Assembly: GCF_006345805.1 (NCBI RefSeq)
Contig: NC_043002.1
Span: forward strand, 59,396,001-59,460,000
Reading direction: 5' to 3'
From: Octopus sinensis
Taxonomy: Eukaryota
Length of the DNA stretch: 64,000 bases
The position numbers and the translations under genes were made by a program. The notes beneath the pieces are model-generated. The model saw only the letters and a program-made list of their open reading frames with translations. It had not been told where the DNA came from and made no database searches. This document shows, piece by piece, positions 39,246 through 54,182 of the stretch. The first letter of the stretch is position 1; each line of letters starts with the position of its first letter.

Positions 39246-40932
39246 GGAATCATTGTAAGATACTACTACTACTAACACCATCAACCAGGAATACCACCTC
39301 TCACATTACATTCACCGTATCACCTCCATCACTTATATAACATCCATAAGTGGCAGGACCACGATCGACAGCCAAAGATTTGCTCACTATATGGTCGCTT
39401 GGCTTGCTAGAAAGAGTCGCGTAATCTTCCTCAAATCACACCATAACATTTTCAAAAAAATGAAGGATACATTGGATTAAGTAGTCCCTGGTTTATCGTG
39501 CTGGTGAATAAAACACGGAGGCGTTATTAGTTGTATACTTCTGATCATAGTCCTGCTCAGTCAGAGACGATCTAGGGCTAATCATCATCATCATCATCAT
39601 CACTGCAGTTATCATCCTCCTAATCACCACTATCGCTCCCATCAACATCATCATCATCATCATCATCCTCGTTGTCGTCGTCGGCGTCATCATCATCATC
39701 GTGTTCATTAGAAATTGATGATAGTCTCACTCCCAAACCTTGCAACATTAACACAAAATAGTTATGTCGCAATAAAATCTTTATTTTTGATGTTTCTCGG
39801 AGCAAATTCAACTCTAAATGCTAACTTCTAACTATTTTTCTCGGAGAAATAGCACCTACCGGTCCCAGCTATGATTGATTAACATATCACGGAATTGCCT
39901 TCGAAAGGAGGTCTCTTGCAGTCACCCCAGCTCCTTACAAATCCTGCAAACTGGTAACTACCAGGCTGACGGCACTTGTTGCACCACACCAATACGAGAT
40001 GAAGAACAAGAGAGTGGGACTAGCTGTGTACAAAACATGCCCTAACGATAAACCCCTACTGCCTTTTGGAGATGTTCTTAACGAGCGTTTAAAAACAGGT
40101 TAAGCGAGTAAACGCCTACAGAGAGTACCGAGGGATGGACCTTAAAACAGGCACGTACGGTCATAATCAACTAAAATCTGGCTTCCTTGTAACTCCATGG
40201 ATGCTGCGAATGTATTGACTTTCGTTTGTGGAAGATCCATGAGTGGGGAGAGGCGAAGTGTATTTGGTGCAGGGCAGAAGTGGCTTAGTTACTCACTCTT
40301 CAATTTAGACGACTACGACGAAAAAGGCCAACCTTTATGGAAGAAAATAAAAGGCATTATTGTCGGTTCACTACCATAGAAAATACTTTTCTTCAATTAG
40401 TTCTCTCTCCGTTCTGAGTTCAAATAAATAAATAACTATAAGTTTTGTAAAGGCATATTTTAGTTGGTTAGAAACTTCATCCAAAATTGGAGTCTTTCAG
40501 TCATTCACAGATATCAGTTCAGAATTATATTAAATTATTAAATATTAATTGTAATGATTAAAATCATTCATTCTATAGTCAAGTTCGAACTGACATCCGT
40601 AGGTTTGTCTTCAGCGGTGTCGGTCGATGGCAGTGTCAGGAAAATAACGGACAAAATATCTCGTAATTTTTATTCCGCTCCATTAAGTTCTACTTTTCAT
40701 CCCGCCAACACCAACTTTGTTTTTCACCCTTTAAAGGACAATAATAGATGTGCTAACACCGGTCAAGTGAGAGGGCCGATAATATCACCGAATTCCCTAA
40801 TCTCAAAACTGTTGGCCTTCTGCCTAAATTAGTAGCCATTATTTTATCGATTCTGGAGAGGATGACTATCAAGTCAAATCGATCTTTGTTAGATACAAAC
40901 ACAAAACATAAAGTGACCTATCTAAAACTCAC

Positions 40933-41010
40933 AATAGATACTATCATTGGAAGGGTTTCGCATTTAAACTCATGGTCAGAAATTTTGAACGGGGTTGTTT
41001 TGACTTCTAC
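40933..41010 (-). other. Candidate 78-nt phase 0-0 coding exon VEVKTTPFKISDHEFKCETLPMIVSI (unverified)
   Basis: ccactcag|GTAGAA..ATT|gtgagt; open frame. Confidence 0.25.
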
Positions 41011-41164
41011 CTGAGTGGAACATTTTTTTATCAACGAAAGACAAAATCGATCGCGACAGAATATAAACACAGCATAAAGAAACAGAACATCTGCAAAGCA
41101 TTTTCTTTGATACATTGACGGTTCTACCATCTAGTTTCCTTCACAATATCTTTATAATTTAAAC

Positions 41165-41790
41165 GTTAGCATGCCGGTTGAAATGTTTAGCGGCATTTCC
41201 CCTGCCGGTACATTCTAAGTTCATATTCCGCTGAGGTTGACTTTTCCTTTCATCCTTTCAGGGTCGATAAATTAAGTACCACTTACGCACTGGGATCGAT
41301 GTAATCGACTTAATCCTTTTGTCTGTCCTTGTTTGTTCCCTCTATGTTTAGCCCCTTGTGTGCAATAAAGAAATAAGAAACATTAGCACACCGGGCGAAA
41401 TACTTTACGACATTTCGTCTGTCTTTACCTTCTGTATTCAAATTCCGCCGAGGTCGACTTTGCCTTTCACCCTTTCCGGATCGATAAATTGAGTACCAGT
41501 TTCGCACTGGGGTCGATCTAATCGACTGGCCCCCTCTCCCAAAATTTCGGGCCTTGTGCCTATAGTAGAAAAGAAACGAATATCTTCATAATTCTTAAGT
41601 CGGTGACTTAGCAGAACCGCTGGCACGCTGGTTAAAATTCTTAGTGTTATTTCGTTTGTCTTTACGTTCTGAGTTCAAATACCGCTGAGGTCGATTGTTG
41701 TCTTTTGAGGTAGATAAAATAAATACAAGTTGAGTACTAGGGTCAATGTCATCGATTTCCACCCACCCCATAAATTGCTGGCCTAGTGCC
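41165..41790 (+). mobile_element. Three tandem SINE B units (type-1 then type-2 tails)
   Basis: Same motifs as 38458-39245. Confidence 0.88.
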
Positions 41791-42474
41791 AAAATTTGAA
41801 ACTAATATTTTTATAATTTTTTCTAATTTCGGTAAAAAGGTTAGTAATTTTAAGTGGAGGAGGTTGGCTGCTTCGGTCGATCCCAATACATGATTGATAA
41901 TTTGTTATATTGATCTCCAAAGGATGAAAGCTGACGTCGGTGTGATTTGGAACTTATAACAAAAATACTCCAAAGAAATACCGCTGAGTAGTTTGTTCGA
42001 CGCACTAACAATTGTACCAGCTCACCATCTTGGCAATATCTTTATAATAAGAAACAGTATGAACAAAGTTATTTGGGTTAAATCGATGACGAAGAAAAAC
42101 AAAATCAATCACTATTAAAATGGCGTTTAGGAATTGGAAATGGTATATCGGCAGAAAGGAAGAAAGATAGAAAGATCGTTGGAAAATTTATATTAATAAA
42201 GAAAAGCATGAGATGGAGTAGAAATATGGAGGAGAGGGGAACAAGGAAAAATAAAACTAATATTAAAACGATGGTAAATTAATAAGGAAAATGGAAAATT
42301 TCAGATGATTGATTGATTTGTTTGGTTGGTTCGATAACGCGAAACCATTACTGCAAATACACACACACGCACATATCAAAATAGATGTGTGTGTGTGTGT
42401 ATACATACATACAAACATACATACATATACATACATACATACATACATACATACATACATACACACACACATAC

Positions 42475-42527
<53 letters not shown>

Positions 42528-42645
42528 TATAATTGTGTGTGAGCAGGTGTATGTATATATACACACACACACACAAATATATATATATAAAATATGTGGG
42601 TAGGTGTATGTATTTATATGTATGTATAGGCATATATATACATAT

Positions 42646-42691
<46 letters not shown>

Positions 42692-43193
42692 ATACGGAAT
42701 CGAGGCAGATAGCTTATTAGCATATAATCCAGATGTAATCGAGATCTAGTGAATCCAATCGAATGTTAGGGAACGTACAGAGTAATACACAAATTATAAG
42801 ATAAACAATTACACGGTACTTCATTCTAGAGGTTAATCCCGAATTTACTTTATTGGATTTTATACAACATGCGGAGTATATAGTCAAGGCATCATAAAGA
42901 AGAATGGAGAATTAAGAAGGACTATCTTGTACATGAATTCTCAGTTCGCTTCGCCTACCCGCACGAGTAAACCTTTAAAAAGCTGCTTAAGAATCTCTAC
43001 CTAGGATGAATATGTACTCCAACTCAATCTATTGAATACGTATAAATGCTACATCAAAGGACATAAGAACATTTACCAAGCAGAAACACCTATTCGATAT
43101 ACCTCTGTTTGTCAATATTGTTCATATATGTGCTATCGACCGCAGTGAGCTATTTCATCTTATGATATCTATCTATCTATCTATCTATCTATA

Positions 43194-43330
<137 letters not shown>

Positions 43331-43555
43331 GTCTGTCTGTCTGTCTGTCTGTGTGTCTGCAAGTCTGTCTGTCTGTCTGTCTGCCTGCCTGCCTGTCTAT
43401 CTGTCTGTCTGCCAGTCTGTGTATCTGTCTGTCTGTGTGTGTGTCTGTCTGTCTGTCTGTATGTATATGTATATATAAACATTTTCAGAATGAGATAAAA
43501 ATGTAAAGCTGTGAAAGATTTTAGAACATTTATAAACAGGTCTCACAGCTGTTTC

Positions 43556-43624
<69 letters not shown>

Positions 43625-43644
43625 CACTAAATTAGAGATATTCA

Positions 43645-43794
43645 ATAGGTGCAGGAGTGGTAGTGTGGAAAGTAGTTTGCTTATCAACCACATGGTTCCG
43701 GCACCTTGGGCAAGTGTCTTCTACCAAAGCCTTGTCAGTGGATTTGGTAGACGGAAACTGAAAGAAGTCCGTTGTATATATGTATATATGTATA

Positions 43795-43833
<39 letters not shown>

Positions 43834-43995
43834 TGTGTGTGTATGTTTGTGTGTCTGTGTTTATGTCCCCGTAACTTAGCGGTTCGGCAAAAGAGACCAA
43901 TAGAATGAGTACTAAGCTTACAAAGAATAAGTCCTGGGCTCGATTTGCTCGACTAAAGGCGCTACTCCAACATGGCCGCAGTCAAATGACTAAAA
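43645..43995 (+). mobile_element. Near-complete SINE family A (tRNA-like head, CORE-like ACCTTGGGCAAGT, internal microsatellite, GTAAAAGA tail)
   Basis: All modules contiguous. Confidence 0.88.
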
Positions 43996-45772
43996 CAAGT
44001 AAAAGAGTAAAAGAGCCATTGAAGACCCATCTAATAATTTATTTATATTATAATATAAGATAATATACTATGAATATGATATAATATCAGATAACAAAGA
44101 AAATTATTAAAAAGTAAAAAGTGACAATTTGTTTCAAATTATATATATTATCTCTTCAGGTCTTTGGCTGAAATGGCTGGATTGTTAAAAATTAAAGTGA
44201 AATGTCCATGTTTTGGAGTGCGAGAGTTAACTTTTCAATTACATAATTGCAATAGAAAAAGGAAACAATAAAATTATAACGGATAAATTAATTAAGTAGA
44301 ATCTAAAAATAATATTAATCCAAATTCGTTTATGTCGAAGATAATCTTTGGCTATTGTAATAACATGCAACAACATATAAGTATATAGATTAAGCATCAG
44401 ATTCTTACTTAATCTACAGACGGTAATAAAACGTGGAAATAAATATAAATGGCAATATAATATTATATTGGTAATATATAACAACTCTTCTCTTTTATTT
44501 AAAGTTATTATTAAAAATGTTTAAAATCACTAACAAAAAAAATGTTCTTTATTTACTTAGTTTACCGGAGGGAAAATTCCGTAATAGATATGAAGAGAAA
44601 CCTAACAAAAAAATGTTCTTAAATTACTTAGTTTTGTTAGAGGAAGTGGGGTAGAAAGGGCTCCTTAGCCGTAGTGAAGGCAATCTATCTAGGGAGATAA
44701 CCTTACAATAAATCACTGGGTCCGTAGCTTAGAAATACTGGGTTGACGTCCAGCGGGAACAGCTTTGTTTCATGGAGGAGGAAAGATCTTCTTTAGTACT
44801 TGGTTGTACAATGCTTTCCAATGTGTGTAGTAGTGGCGCGCGCACACATTATTAGCCATTTGAAAAGACTATGAAAGTCTCGACCACGGTCGAACAATGA
44901 TGATGATGATAGAGGAAGAATTTCGTAATCAATGTGAATAGAAACTTAGAGCTACAATAACTACAACCCATATTACCCCATTGATATAAAATTTGGCTAC
45001 AATATTGGATATCAAAATATTACTACTTTTTCAGAAGCAACCAAATTTGAAGTTCCTTAAACACGCAAATGTCCCTAAATACGTATATTATGGAAGGAGA
45101 ACTCAGTAATTAAAATAAAGTAAGATAAACAAAAGCATAAGGGTCGAGTACCGATCTACGATAAATGTTATCAATATTATTTTTTAGATAAAGGAATATA
45201 AATAGTATAAATATCCAAATATTATTAATTCTTTTAGGAGTAACAAAATTAGATAGTAGCAATGAGAATACAAAGTTTAAACTATACAATATTATGAGGA
45301 AAATTATTGTGGTATTAAGTTTAGTTAGTAAGCCGAATAAAACTATTCATTTATTAGTATGATCATTATTATTATTAACATCATCATCAATTAATAAATT
45401 AAATTAATGTATTTATACATATAATTATTTCTTTCTCCCCCCTCCCCCTCCCCTCTCTCTCCCTCATCTCTCCCCCTTACCTCCCCCCTCTTCCCTCATC
45501 TCCTCTCTCTACACTACACCATACGACTTTACACATCACATCATATATACATACACACGTCCAGACCTCTCATACGCACTAATACTCTCTCATACACACA
45601 CACACACTCTTATGTTGGAGCGAGGTCATTTAACCCTATTATCTCCCCTAATTTCACTCTTGCGTCTCACGTTTGATCTTTGAATTCTGGCCGAAATCAG
45701 ATCGCCATGTTGATTCGCTAGCATCTGCACGCATTTTTTTCTCTCCTTCTTTCTGTGTTTCTTCTCTGTGTA

Positions 45773-45810
45773 TCTTTCTGTTGAAGAGCGTAGGCTCGAA
45801 ACGTTAAAGA
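45773..45810 (+). ncRNA. Minimal hammerhead of a second Penelope-type family, with core substitution CUGUUGA
   Basis: TCTTT-CTGTTGA-A-GAGC gtag GCTC-GAAA-CG-TT|AAAGA; perfect stems I and II. Confidence 0.7.
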
Positions 45811-45958
45811 CTTGTTTTATTTATATTTCCTGAGCGCCATACTAATACAATTGTTTGTTTGTATTCCACCTGCCTTCGTCTTTTGTTTATTTCCGTAAAC
45901 CTGCCTTCGTCTTTGTCTATTTTCATAAAGCTTCCGTTATATAATATATATATATATA

Positions 45959-46034
<76 letters not shown>

Positions 46035-46450
46035 GTGTGGTGTATATGTATGAATAAAGTATAAGGAAAGGAAAAATTCTAAGTGTAGACGAATTTCAAG
46101 TTGGTACAGTACCAATATACATTCTACAAATTGTTTCGGAGTTTAATTAATTCCAAAGACAAAAACGAAAGCTCTTCATGAAATACAAATTACATTCCTT
46201 ATCAGGAATGACATACTGGTATGAATGTTACGATCAACAAAAGTCCTTTCGTAGCTCAGACGTGAACGAACAAAATATATATACAATAAGAGTGACTTGT
46301 TAGCAATTTTTCAAAATATGCCCGGTGCTTACCTCCTTTGTCAGTTAATAAGATGGCTATGTGTTTTATTATGGCTATGTGTTTTAGCTTTTTTTTTCTA
46401 GGAATCTAGCAATACAGATGCTGAATGGTACCCTGAGTAGCTTATTGACG

Positions 46451-46519
<69 letters not shown>

Positions 46520-46777
46520 CATATAACCTTTAGTGGTTAGCCACATTTAAGTGGCAAATTACTTCACACACACACATACACACATATATATGTATATATA
46601 TATATGCAAATACATACATGTTTATATATATATATATACATACATACATACATATGTATATACATACATACATATATATATATCCAAAATTATACACATG
46701 TGTGCATATGTGCATATATATGGAGATTTACTGTATATATATATATATAACATATATATATATATATATACATACAA

Positions 46778-46810
<33 letters not shown>

Positions 46811-46840
46811 ATATATATATATGTATTTATATATATACAT

Positions 46841-46873
<33 letters not shown>

Positions 46874-48059
46874 CATACATACATACTACATCATACATAC
46901 ATACATATATATGTATGTCTATATGTATATAGTTTAAAACACCGTTGATGTGAAAGCGCGTGCTGAAAGGCATTTTATTGTATCGCGAGTGGGTCATTAA
47001 ACCAATAACACACGCACTGATTGTGTTTTCTTTTTTATTATGGTTAGTCAGGCGGTTAACCACTTAACCAATTAACTAATCGATCAATTGATGACAGGTT
47101 TGATCACTTTCACTTGCTGCTCTGTGGATTCCATCATCGCAATTAGCGATGTCGTCAATGACACGCCCTGTCTCCTCCTGGTCGCCATGTTTCCTTCATT
47201 AAAGACTCAATATAATTGATTAACTAACTGATTAAACGATAAATTAATTGTCTAATGATAATAACAACAGGGTGAGGGAGGCCTCAGAAGGCTGGATACC
47301 TTCTTTAAGTGGCGTAAAGATGGACGTGGCCACAATGTTTCTCCTGAAAAGGATACGGTTCAGTGTGGGGTTGAAGGCCACTGACTTTAAAGCGCGGGGT
47401 CAAATAAATGACATTTATCATTGCACTTGAGTGGTACCTGTTTTATTGGAGCCGAAGAGATGGAAGTCAATGTTGACCCCGACTACGTTTGAATTAAGAA
47501 CGTAACAATCCGGAAGAAATGAGGCTAAGCATTTTATACGACGTACTTATGCTTGCACCAGGTCACCTTGTATACATACATGCATACATATAATAATGAT
47601 TCACAATCAAGGTGTAGAAATGGCGCATTCCGAATGAACAAGGTAATGTAATCCGATGGTAGAAAGAATGCCGCGAATTAGATACTCCAAAGCCACTCAG
47701 TATGCCGGGGGGAGGGGGTCCGTGTGAACGTGCGGTAAATAGTAAATCTCCAAAGCATACATACATACGTACGTAAATACATACACACATACATACATAC
47801 ATACACACATACACGCACATACATACATACATACATACATACATACACACATACACGCACATACATACATACATACATACATACATACATACATACATAC
47901 ATACATACATACATACATACATACATACATGGGATTGCACCTAGAAAGTTTACCTCCGAGGCACAAGGTTGTTTGTAGAAGGCCAGCAGTGGTCCATGTA
48001 TACCGGCCTCCCCTCTCCACACCACTGATGCTATCCTAGGTAAAAGCAAAGACGCCAAT

Positions 48060-48215
48060 ACAGCGTGGCACCAGTGATGTGGCAACTCATTTCTACAGAT
48101 GAGTGAACTGGAGCAACGTGAAATAAATTGTTGTGCTCAAGAACACAACATGCAGCCCGGTCCGGCAATCGAACTCACAATCTCACGCTCCAACCACTGA
48201 GCCATGCGCCTTCAC
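48060..48215 (-). mobile_element. tRNA-derived SINE (family C)
   Basis: Reverse complement GGCGCATGGCTCAGTGGTT..GAGTTCGATT..GTTGTGTTCTTGAGCA..CACGTTGCTCCAGTTCACTC. Confidence 0.8.
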
Positions 48216-48513
48216 ATACATAATACATACAATCATACATGTACATAAATAGACATGCAGACACATATTGAGAACAGCAAGTGCTTCGACAATATGAAAT
48301 TAGATTATGATCTCCCTGGCCATATCTACGAAAGTTGAATCAGTGAAACTACAATGAGCAAGAAGTGGTTTTTTATATATATATATATAAGTATATAGAA
48401 TCTGTCTCGTTCACTTTCTCTACCATACTAAAAAAAACACCGCACATATAAACGCAAACAGATATTCACTCATACACCACCCCTTAATATACACACACAC
48501 ACACACACATACA

Positions 48514-48568
<55 letters not shown>

Positions 48569-48775
48569 ATATTTGTGTGTGTGTGTAAACATGCCGAGCT
48601 ATCTGGTTCATCGATTAATCTTTCTTCAGTTAATCTTCAGACATACTCCACCGTTTAGTTAGAATCGCGCTCGGAAAAATGCACTCATACACACACGCAT
48701 ATACACATACTTTCAAGCATTCATGTACAGTCTATCTGCCAGTCACTTGCTCCCTTTCTCTGTCTGTCTTTCTCT

Positions 48776-48853
<78 letters not shown>

Positions 48854-48915
48854 CTCTTTCTTTCTTTCTTTCTCCCTCCTTCTCTCTCTTTACATATATA
48901 TGTGTTATACATACA

Positions 48916-48950
<35 letters not shown>

Positions 48951-49504
48951 GTGTGTGTGTGTGTGTGCATATATATATGATATATATATATATATATATA
49001 TGATATATATATATATATACACATATATATACATACATGCATACATATACACACAATGCATACATACATACATATATATATAATCAGTGATGTGCCCTAT
49101 ACGTAAAGATAAATCATATAAATATACGCACACATACACAAATAAACACACACACACACACACACACTCACGTGCACACAAGCAAAAATACACACATCCA
49201 TACACAAGCACAATTTATAAATTGTAGCCATTAAGTATATGGAAAATATATTACAGAAAAAATAAATAGAATGTGCCGCATTATCGTTTGTTATAAAAAT
49301 GAAACAATCGAATGCGAAAACAATGAGAAAATAGATGAGGAACAACGGTATCTTTACTTCTATGAGCTTAGTGATCTTTATAAAATGAATGCTCATGATT
49401 CGAGTGTCCCTCAATAATACAAAAGACAAAAGAGTTCTATCGCATCGTTTTAGTATTGACGATAGGAAACAGACAGAATTGCCTATCTGTCGCCCAACCT
49501 GACT

Positions 49505-49600
<96 letters not shown>

Positions 49601-49687
49601 GTGTCTGCCTGTCTGTCTGTCCGTCCATCTGTCCGTCTGACCTTCTGTCTACCTACCTACCTACCTATCTATCTATCTATCTATCTA

Positions 49688-49753
<66 letters not shown>

Positions 49754-49989
49754 AATTTATCTGTCAACATGAATATATTTATGGGTACATGCTTATCTGT
49801 CTGTCACTGTGAATACGCATAAACACACACACACAGATACACACACACATGCACGTACACACACACACACTTACATATTTAATCATTTAATCATAATTAA
49901 TATGTATTCATTTCCTCATAAGGTAGTGTGAATCTAAAAGTTAGTAAGCAGATAGAGGAATGTAAAATGAAAATGAGAGGAAAGATGAG

Positions 49990-50130
49990 GTTGTATCGTA
50001 CTGGATTGATTGGTGGTCAATCCAAAGTGTGCAACAGTAAGAGAAGTAAAATGACTACAGATTTGTGTAAGTGTAAAAACATATTGCTTTACGCTGAACA
50101 AGTTACAGGAACTGCTTCACGGAAACCTTA
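49990..50130 (+). pseudogene. Possible piggyBac C-terminal cysteine-rich domain remnant
   Basis: KVC..KRSKMTT..C.CK..L....NCF pattern; degenerate. Confidence 0.3.
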
Positions 50131-50619
50131 ATTTTTTAACAAATATTCCGGTAGAAATAATCTCTGAAGTGACGATAAATGAACCTAACAGTTTTAGTCG
50201 TCTTTAAAAAAAAATTAATATTTTTTCAAATATTGTTTCTACATTTATATTGTCTTTTTTATGCCACTTTAACTTAATGCAGGCCTTGTAAATGAATGTT
50301 TGTGTAAAAAACAAAACAAAATGATTGTTGGTATAAATAAAAAGAAATATTTCTAACTTTGAAGGTTCAAATATTTACTTGCTTATGTACCATCTTGAGC
50401 TAGTATTTTCGAGGTGTAGAACCCAGAATGTATCAATTACCCACGAACGTATCGCTTAAATATTCACTAGGTTTAGCCGTGTAACGAAATTTGCATTTTA
50501 AACCACACTCATCACGAATGTTACGCATGTCTAATTGCAGTGTTACGTATATATAAGATTTATGTATGTTATGTATATATTTATGTATGCATGTATGTAT
50601 GTATATAATATATATATAC

Positions 50620-50657
<38 letters not shown>

Positions 50658-50880
50658 ACGTGTGTGTGTGTGCGTGTGTGTGTGTGTGTACGTGTGTGCG
50701 TATGAAGTTTTAAGATCGTTAGCAATGGAGCTGAACATGAGATGCACTACATATTGTACTACATTTCTTAAGAATGCTGTGTCTTTTTAGGTCGCAGAGG
50801 ACCCCCTTTAACAAAAGAACCTTGCATTCTCATTCAATGTCTCTCTCTCCCTTCCTTTCTCTCTGTATACACAAACACAA

Positions 50881-50914
<34 letters not shown>

Positions 50915-51084
50915 ACAAACACACACACATACATTCAAGGACAGGGAAAACATCGACGATGGTATCATTAATTAACTAGAATGGTGCAGGCGTCAAAATT
51001 AATCTTGAGTCTCTTGATAAATCTGTCTACCAAAAGACATCGACGTACGTCTTAAATATTAAATGCAAATTTTGGCTCGATGCC

Positions 51085-51705
51085 AGTAATTTCGGAGAAA
51101 GAGGTGGTAAGTCGATTACATCGATACCAATGCTCAAATGGTACTCAGCCGAATTTGAACTAGAAACGTAAACACGGACAAAATTTAACTTAGCGTTTGA
51201 TTCGGCGTGCTTAAGATTCTGGCAGCACTCGGCTTTGATTCTATTAAATATTAGTCTCAAATTTCGCCACAAGGCCAGCAAAGCAGTTTCGTAGAGTGGG
51301 GATGAGTAGATTACAGCGATCACAGTTCTCGAATGGTACTTAATTTATCAACCCCCGAAGCGGTGAAAGATAGACTAGACTTCGGCTGAATATAAACTAG
51401 AAACGTAAAGACGGACAAACTGTCTCTAAGCGTTTTATTCGGCGTGCTGAAGATTCTGGCAGCTTCCGCCTTGATTCTATTAAATATTAGTCTCAAATTT
51501 CGGCACAAGCCCAGCATTTTCGGAGAGTAGATGCAAGTAGATCTACTTACCAAAGTGCGCAAATGGTACTTAATTTATAGGCCCACGAAGGGATGAAAGG
51601 CAGAGTAGATCTCAGCTGAATTTGAACTAGGAACGTAAAGACGGACGAAATGCCGGTAAAGAATTTTGTCCAATGGGCTAACGATTGAGCCAGCTTGCCG
51701 CCTTA
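51085..51705 (-). mobile_element. Three degenerate SINE B units, partly a local tandem duplication (about 238-bp period)
   Basis: TTGATTCTATTAAATATTAGTCTCAAATTTCG occurs at about 51236 and 51473. Confidence 0.75.
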
Positions 51706-51803
51706 GCACTTTCCAATATGGAAAATGAAATGTGTTCCAATAAACACTGACTTCATTATCATTCAATGTGTGCATGTACTGTTTCAAAAACCTATAATAT
51801 ATA

Positions 51804-51872
<69 letters not shown>

Positions 51873-52220
51873 ATAATATATATATAGATATATATATATA
51901 TAGGCAGAATTCACAAAAAAGAGGAAGACAGGTGGTTTAGACAACAAACAGATGTATTAGTATAACGCTATACAAACACACACATGCATGTACGCACACA
52001 CCCAGACACACTCATACACACATACAGGTACATGCTCACACACACGTACGCATGCACACATACACACATACACACATGGATGCACACATACACACATGCA
52101 CACACATTCACTCAGGCGTACATACACACGCACCCACGCACATATATGTGTGTGTGTGCGCGTCTTGAGAAGTGACAACAAATGATGAATAATACTGTTA
52201 TATATACATACATATAATAT

Positions 52221-52265
<45 letters not shown>

Positions 52266-52606
52266 CATATATACATATATACATATATACATATATACAT
52301 ATATACATATACACACGTAGAGAGACAGAAAGAAAGGCAGCGCGTGCGAGATGGAGAACTTGACAATATTTCACGCATGCGTATTATGTGTGGAGATTGG
52401 AACATTATAGTGTACCTTGCAAGAGAAACAAGTTTTAAAAATACAGGTAAATAACAACAAACGCTTACTTACTCAAATACTACGCATAAAACCCCCAAAT
52501 TTTATCACATCGAAAACTAACAAAAACCAATGCAAACATAAACATTTCTAAAGAAACCACATGGAACTGTGAAATGATAACATCTAGGATTTGTTCCTTA
52601 ATGAAA

Positions 52607-52620
52607 CCTGCAGATGGCGC
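52607..52620 (+). promoter_or_regulatory. CTCF-like motif
   Basis: CCTGCAGATGGCGC; motif match only. Confidence 0.2.
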
Positions 52621-52867
52621 CAGTGTTCAGAGATAGAAAGAGAAACGAAACAAAATAAAAGAGTATTGAAAAGAAAACAATGAAAGGTATCACGGAATTG
52701 GTGGCAAGAGTAGTTAAACAGGAGAAGACAATTACTTTTTGGACGTGAAGGTGTAATAAAAACTAATAAAAACAATAATGATAAAATGGCTGTGCGAGAT
52801 TTCTTTCTACGTGAATCTACGTCTGTATGGTTGTAGACACGCATGTGTGCGTAGGTGTGTGTGTATG

Positions 52868-52899
<32 letters not shown>

Positions 52900-54015
52900 A
52901 TATATATGTGTGTGTGAGTGTATATATATATATATATATAATATATATATATATATATTATATATTCGTACGTATACAAACACCACACACACACACACTC
53001 ATATATATACATAGGTGATGAAACGTAAAAAGTAGCACTCAACAACTGTGAATGGAATTGTGAGTTTAAAAAAACCAGTTGACTCAACCACACACGCACA
53101 CAAATATACTTACATAATACTTATATGCCTACATACATACATATATACATACATGCATATATATATATTTACATATATATGCCTATATCTAAGCATATAT
53201 ATACACACATGTGTATATATACATGTTTGTATATATATATATATGGTTATATATGTGTGGGGTGTACGTATAATATATATACGTACCTACATATATACTT
53301 ATAAACGAACATAAATGCATATACGAAATGTGAGCACACATACACGACACAACTTTGTTTCTGAGGAAAGCAGCGTTAGCGATTAACATTGGTGGTATGA
53401 TCAAACATCTTAAGAAAACATTGGAAAAATACAGAGAAAAATAGAGAGGAAGAAGCAAGCTAAAGACAATATCAGAATCGCAAAAGATAAAAAGCAAATG
53501 AATAAGAATGTGAATCACGAGATGTAGGATAGGAGACAAAATAGAAATATAAAGTTTTGCACCAATTCCTGAACTAATACTAACCAGAAGACAAAACAGA
53601 ATAATATTAATAATAGCAAGAACAGCAAAAAAGCGAACAGCAGAGATAGTGACAAAGACAAAAATTATGAAAGTAGCGATGAAAACAAATATGGTGAGCT
53701 CGAGTGAAGAAATGCAATTTGAAAAAGATTAAAAAATAGTTTAAATGACAATATTGCACAGCATGTAGGAGTCTGTTGGTGGATATACGCAAGCATTTAT
53801 GTATGAATTTTTGCATACGTTTGTTTATATATGTATGTGTCTTTTTGTTTATGTATTTATATATACCTGTATTTTCGTATATACGTATTTATTTATGTAT
53901 GTATATATATATATATATATATTGAGTTATATATATTTATATATGTATACATCTTTCTGTATATGTATTTGTTGATGTATGTATATTGGTGTATATGTAT
54001 TTATAGTTGTATTTA

Positions 54016-54057
<42 letters not shown>

Positions 54058-54133
54058 TATTTATAGATGTGTGTGTCTTTGTAAATGTGTCTATATATGT
54101 ACGTACCTATCGTTGTGCATATGTGTATGTATG

Positions 54134-54182
<49 letters not shown>

